A stretch of DNA of 64,000 bases from Salinivirgaceae bacterium (GTDB lineage Bacteria > Bacteroidota > Bacteroidia > Bacteroidales > SZUA-534). The position numbers and the translations under genes were made by a program. Positions within the stretch are counted from its first letter, which is position 1; each line of letters begins with the position of its first letter. This document shows positions 61,303 through 64,000 of the stretch, one piece after another. The stretch lies in NCBI GenBank assembly GCA_017474765.1, contig JAFVGW010000016.1, positions 4,775 to 68,774 on the forward strand, in the 5' to 3' direction. The notes beneath the pieces were generated by a model. It was not told where the DNA came from. It worked only from the letters and a program-made list of their open reading frames with translations, and did not search any database.

Positions 61303-63000
61303 ATGGCTAATTTTTATACAGACACCCCCGAACTCAAATTCCATTTGAACCACCCGCTGATGAAGCGCATTGTTGAGTTGAAAGAACGCAACTATGCCAA
61401 TGCGGGCCAGTTCGATTTCGCGCCAGCCGACTTCGACGACGCAATGGACAGTTACGATAAAGTGCTCGATGTTGTTGGCGAGATTTGCGGCGAGATTATC
61501 GCCCCGAACGCTGAAGGCGTGGACCACGAAGGCCCCGTCTGCGCCAATGGCCGCGTGACTTACGCAAGCGGCACGTCGGTTAACCTTGACGCAACACGCA
61601 AGGCAGGACTCTGCGGCGTGAATATGCCGTACCGCTACGGCGGACTGAACTTCCCGACCGTTCCCTACCTGATGGCCGCCGATATGGTGTCGCGCGCCGA
61701 CGCAGGTTTCGAGAACCTTTGGGGCCTGCAGGACTGCGCCGAAACCATTTACGAGTTTGCCGACGACGACCAGAAGCAGCGCTACATTCCTCGCATTTGC
61801 GAGGGCGAGACAATGTCGATGGACCTGACCGAACCCGATGCTGGTTCCGACCTGCAGTCGGTGATGCTCAAGGCAACTTTCAGCGAGGCCGACAACTGCT
61901 GGTATCTGAACGGCGTTAAACGATTCATTACCAATGGCGATGCCGACATTCACCTTGTGCTTGCTCGCTCTGAGGAAGGCACCCACGACGGCCGCGGCCT
62001 TTCAATGTTTATCTACGACAAGCGCAACGGCGGAGTAACCGTGCGCCGCATTGAGAACAAGATGGGTATCAAGGGCTCGCCGACCTGCGAACTTGTGTTC
62101 CGCAACGCCAAAGCCGAACTCTGCGGAAGCCGCAAGTTGGGCCTTATCAAATATGTGATGTCGCTGATGAACGGCGCCCGTCTGGGCATTGCCGCACAGT
62201 CGGTTGGTCTGTCGCAGGCCGCCTACAACGAGGCGCTCTCTTACGCCCGCGACCGTCAGCAGTTCGGTCACCCGATTATCGAGTTCAGCGCCGTTGCCGA
62301 ATTGCTGGCAACAATGAAGGCCAAACTCGATGCAAACCGCACAATCCTTTATGAGACAGCACGTTTCGTTGATATGTACAAGACTTTGGAAGACATATCG
62401 AAGGAGCGCAAACTGACACCCGAAGAGCGCGACGAGTGCAAGCGCTACAACCGTATGGCCGATGCCTTCACGCCGCTGGCAAAAGGCTTGGGCAGCGAGT
62501 TCGCCAACCAGAACGCCTACGACTGCATTCAGGTTCACGGCGGCTCGGGCTTTATGAAGGACTACACCTGCGAGCGCCTTTACCGCGACGCCCGTATCAC
62601 AAGCATTTACGAGGGCACCACACAACTTCAGGTTGTTGCCGCAACACGCTATGCCACAACAGGTTTCTATCTTTCGATGATGAAAGACTACGCCGCGCAG
62701 CCCGTTGCCGATGATTTGAAGCCGATGCACGACGTTCTGGACCGTATGACGGCCGAATACGAGGAGACGGTGGCCTACGTTATGGGCAAGGAGTCGCAGG
62801 AGTTCATTGAACTGCACGCCCGCCGTATGGTTGAGATGGCAGGCTACACCATTATGGCCTACCTGCTGATGCTCGACGCCAACCGCGACGCAATGTTCCG
62901 CCGCTCGGCCGAAATCTTCCTGAAATTCGCCCGCACGCAGAACGCACAGCGCGCAATCTTCACTAAGGAGACTGATGTTGACTTTAACTTTAAGTTTTAA
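61303..63000 (+). CDS. Acyl-CoA dehydrogenase
   Basis: LTEPDAGSD, NGVKRFIT, KMGIKGSPT, QVHGGSG, IYEGTTQLQ. Confidence 0.93.
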   Translation: MANFYTDTPELKFHLNHPLMKRIVELKERNYANAGQFDFAPADFDDAMDSYDKVLDVVGEICGEIIAPNAEGVDHEGPVCANGRVTYASGTSVNLDATRKAGLCGVNMPYRYGGLNFPTVPYLMAADMVSRADAGFENLWGLQDCAETIYEFADDDQKQRYIPRICEGETMSMDLTEPDAGSDLQSVMLKATFSEADNCWYLNGVKRFITNGDADIHLVLARSEEGTHDGRGLSMFIYDKRNGGVTVRRIENKMGIKGSPTCELVFRNAKAELCGSRKLGLIKYVMSLMNGARLGIAAQSVGLSQAAYNEALSYARDRQQFGHPIIEFSAVAELLATMKAKLDANRTILYETARFVDMYKTLEDISKERKLTPEERDECKRYNRMADAFTPLAKGLGSEFANQNAYDCIQVHGGSGFMKDYTCERLYRDARITSIYEGTTQLQVVAATRYATTGFYLSMMKDYAAQPVADDLKPMHDVLDRMTAEYEETVAYVMGKESQEFIELHARRMVEMAGYTIMAYLLMLDANRDAMFRRSAEIFLKFARTQNAQRAIFTKETDVDFNFKF

Positions 63001-63021
63001 TTAAGCGATAAAATGCAAATG

Positions 63022-63058
63022 AAACCGCCGAGTCCGTTGGGCTCGGCGGTTTTTGGTT
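63022..63058 (+). terminator. Rho-independent terminator
   Basis: AAACCGCCGAG...CTCGGCGGTTT plus T-run. Confidence 0.88.
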
Positions 63059-63228
63059 TTGTGCGGGGCAAACATTTGACACCCTTCTCTCCCATTTCCG
63101 CATCAATAGTTGGCAGAACAAAATACGGCATACATGACTGGCAACAGGTCGGCTCAAAAAACTTTTTTCAAAACCTACACGTTTGATTGAGTGAGATTCA
63201 TAATTTTACAGCGAAAAACTTAACGAAT

Positions 63229-64000
63229 ATGAAAAAGACAATCATCGCCACACTGCTGGCTATTGCTGCAATTACTGCTCAGGCGCAAGTCAAATACCGA
63301 ATCGAGGGAAATATTGGACGGGATTTTACAGGAACGCTATATATCATCAATCAAAGCGACCGAATGGACGAGATTGTTGATTCGGTGCGGGTTGTGAACG
63401 GCAACATCACCGCTCACGACGGGAACTACCAACAAGCGTTTCTGGCAGTTATGGCGGCAAAAACCATCAGACTGCAACTGGCGCCAGTGTTCATCGAGAA
63501 CGGTGTTGTCAGAATTGGAGCCAACAGTGGAACGCTGGCCTCAGGAACACCGCTTAACGACGATTGGAACAGACTCTACGCTCCCGTAATCAAACTCATA
63601 TCAGACTACCGCAGCGGAAAAATGCCAGAGGCTGACCTGAAGGCGGCGCTCGACAAGCAAATAGAGCCGATGCTGAAGGCCCACCCTGCCGACCCGTTGG
63701 GATATTTCATTGTTACTCAATTCTATGACGTCATAAGTGTGCGCCGCGGACTCGATTATGTTGCCATGCTCTCAAACGACTGGCAAAACCGCGAAATGAT
63801 TAAGCGCATCAAGCAGGAACTCAACACAAAGGTTGCCACTCAGCCTGGCGCAAAATTCATCGATTTTGCCGTGGAGTACAATGGCAAAACCACCCGCCTG
63901 TCGGACTATGTCGGCCGCGGCCAGTATGTGCTTGCCGACTTCTGGGCTTCGTGGTGCGGTCCCTGCCGACAGGAGATTCCTAACATCAAAGCCGCCTACA
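63229..64000 (+). CDS. TlpA/AhpC-TSA-type thioredoxin-fold protein with N-terminal DUF4369-like domain (truncated by window end)
   Basis: Hand translation [27 protein letters not shown]...GTPLND...[15 protein letters not shown]; not in the ORF track because no stop is reached. Confidence 0.88.
   Translation, partial: MKKTIIATLLAIAAITAQAQVKYRIEGNIGRDFTGTLYIINQSDRMDEIVDSVRVVNGNITAHDGNYQQAFLAVMAAKTIRLQLAPVFIENGVVRIGANSGTLASGTPLNDDWNRLYAPVIKLISDYRSGKMPEADLKAALDKQIEPMLKAHPADPLGYFIVTQFYDVISVRRGLDYVAMLSNDWQNREMIKRIKQELNTKVATQPGAKFIDFAVEYNGKTTRLSDYVGRGQYVLADFWASWCGPCRQEIPNIKAAY

Noticed and set aside
59352-63000. etfB-etfA-acyl-CoA dehydrogenase as a novel system
   Set aside because: A common, recognisable operon in anaerobic Bacteroidota with nothing unusual in the sequence

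Overview
Chromosomal segment of a Bacteroidota (Bacteroidales-like) bacterium, judged from SusC/SusD, a hybrid two-component sensor, a T9SS cargo gene and TAnnTTTG promoters. It carries about 36 genes. Housekeeping genes include cdd, ftsE, dcp, queH, gyrB, rsmE and etfB-etfA-acyl-CoA dehydrogenase. There is also a TetR-TolC-MFP-RND efflux operon and a polysaccharide-utilisation locus (SGNH esterase, GH43, SusC/D, HTCS) with a distant GH127 gene. I found no rRNA, tRNA, CRISPR array, transposase or reverse transcriptase. Most notable: (1) a DUF1538 double-domain membrane protein coupled to a protein that appears to hold three P-II-like domains in one chain; (2) a ~2860-aa mosaic surface protein with eight copies of a ~40-aa GFAVSGRR repeat I cannot name; (3) strand-polarised 7-8-mer repeat tracts starting at stop codons, in a window that also has a four-helix-bundle gene; (4) a LacI-type operator shared by three glycan-gene promoters; (5) an in-frame TAG in the GH43 gene, an A7-frameshifted lipoprotein and an unannotated 54-aa ORF. 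All family calls come from motif recognition by eye, not database searches.
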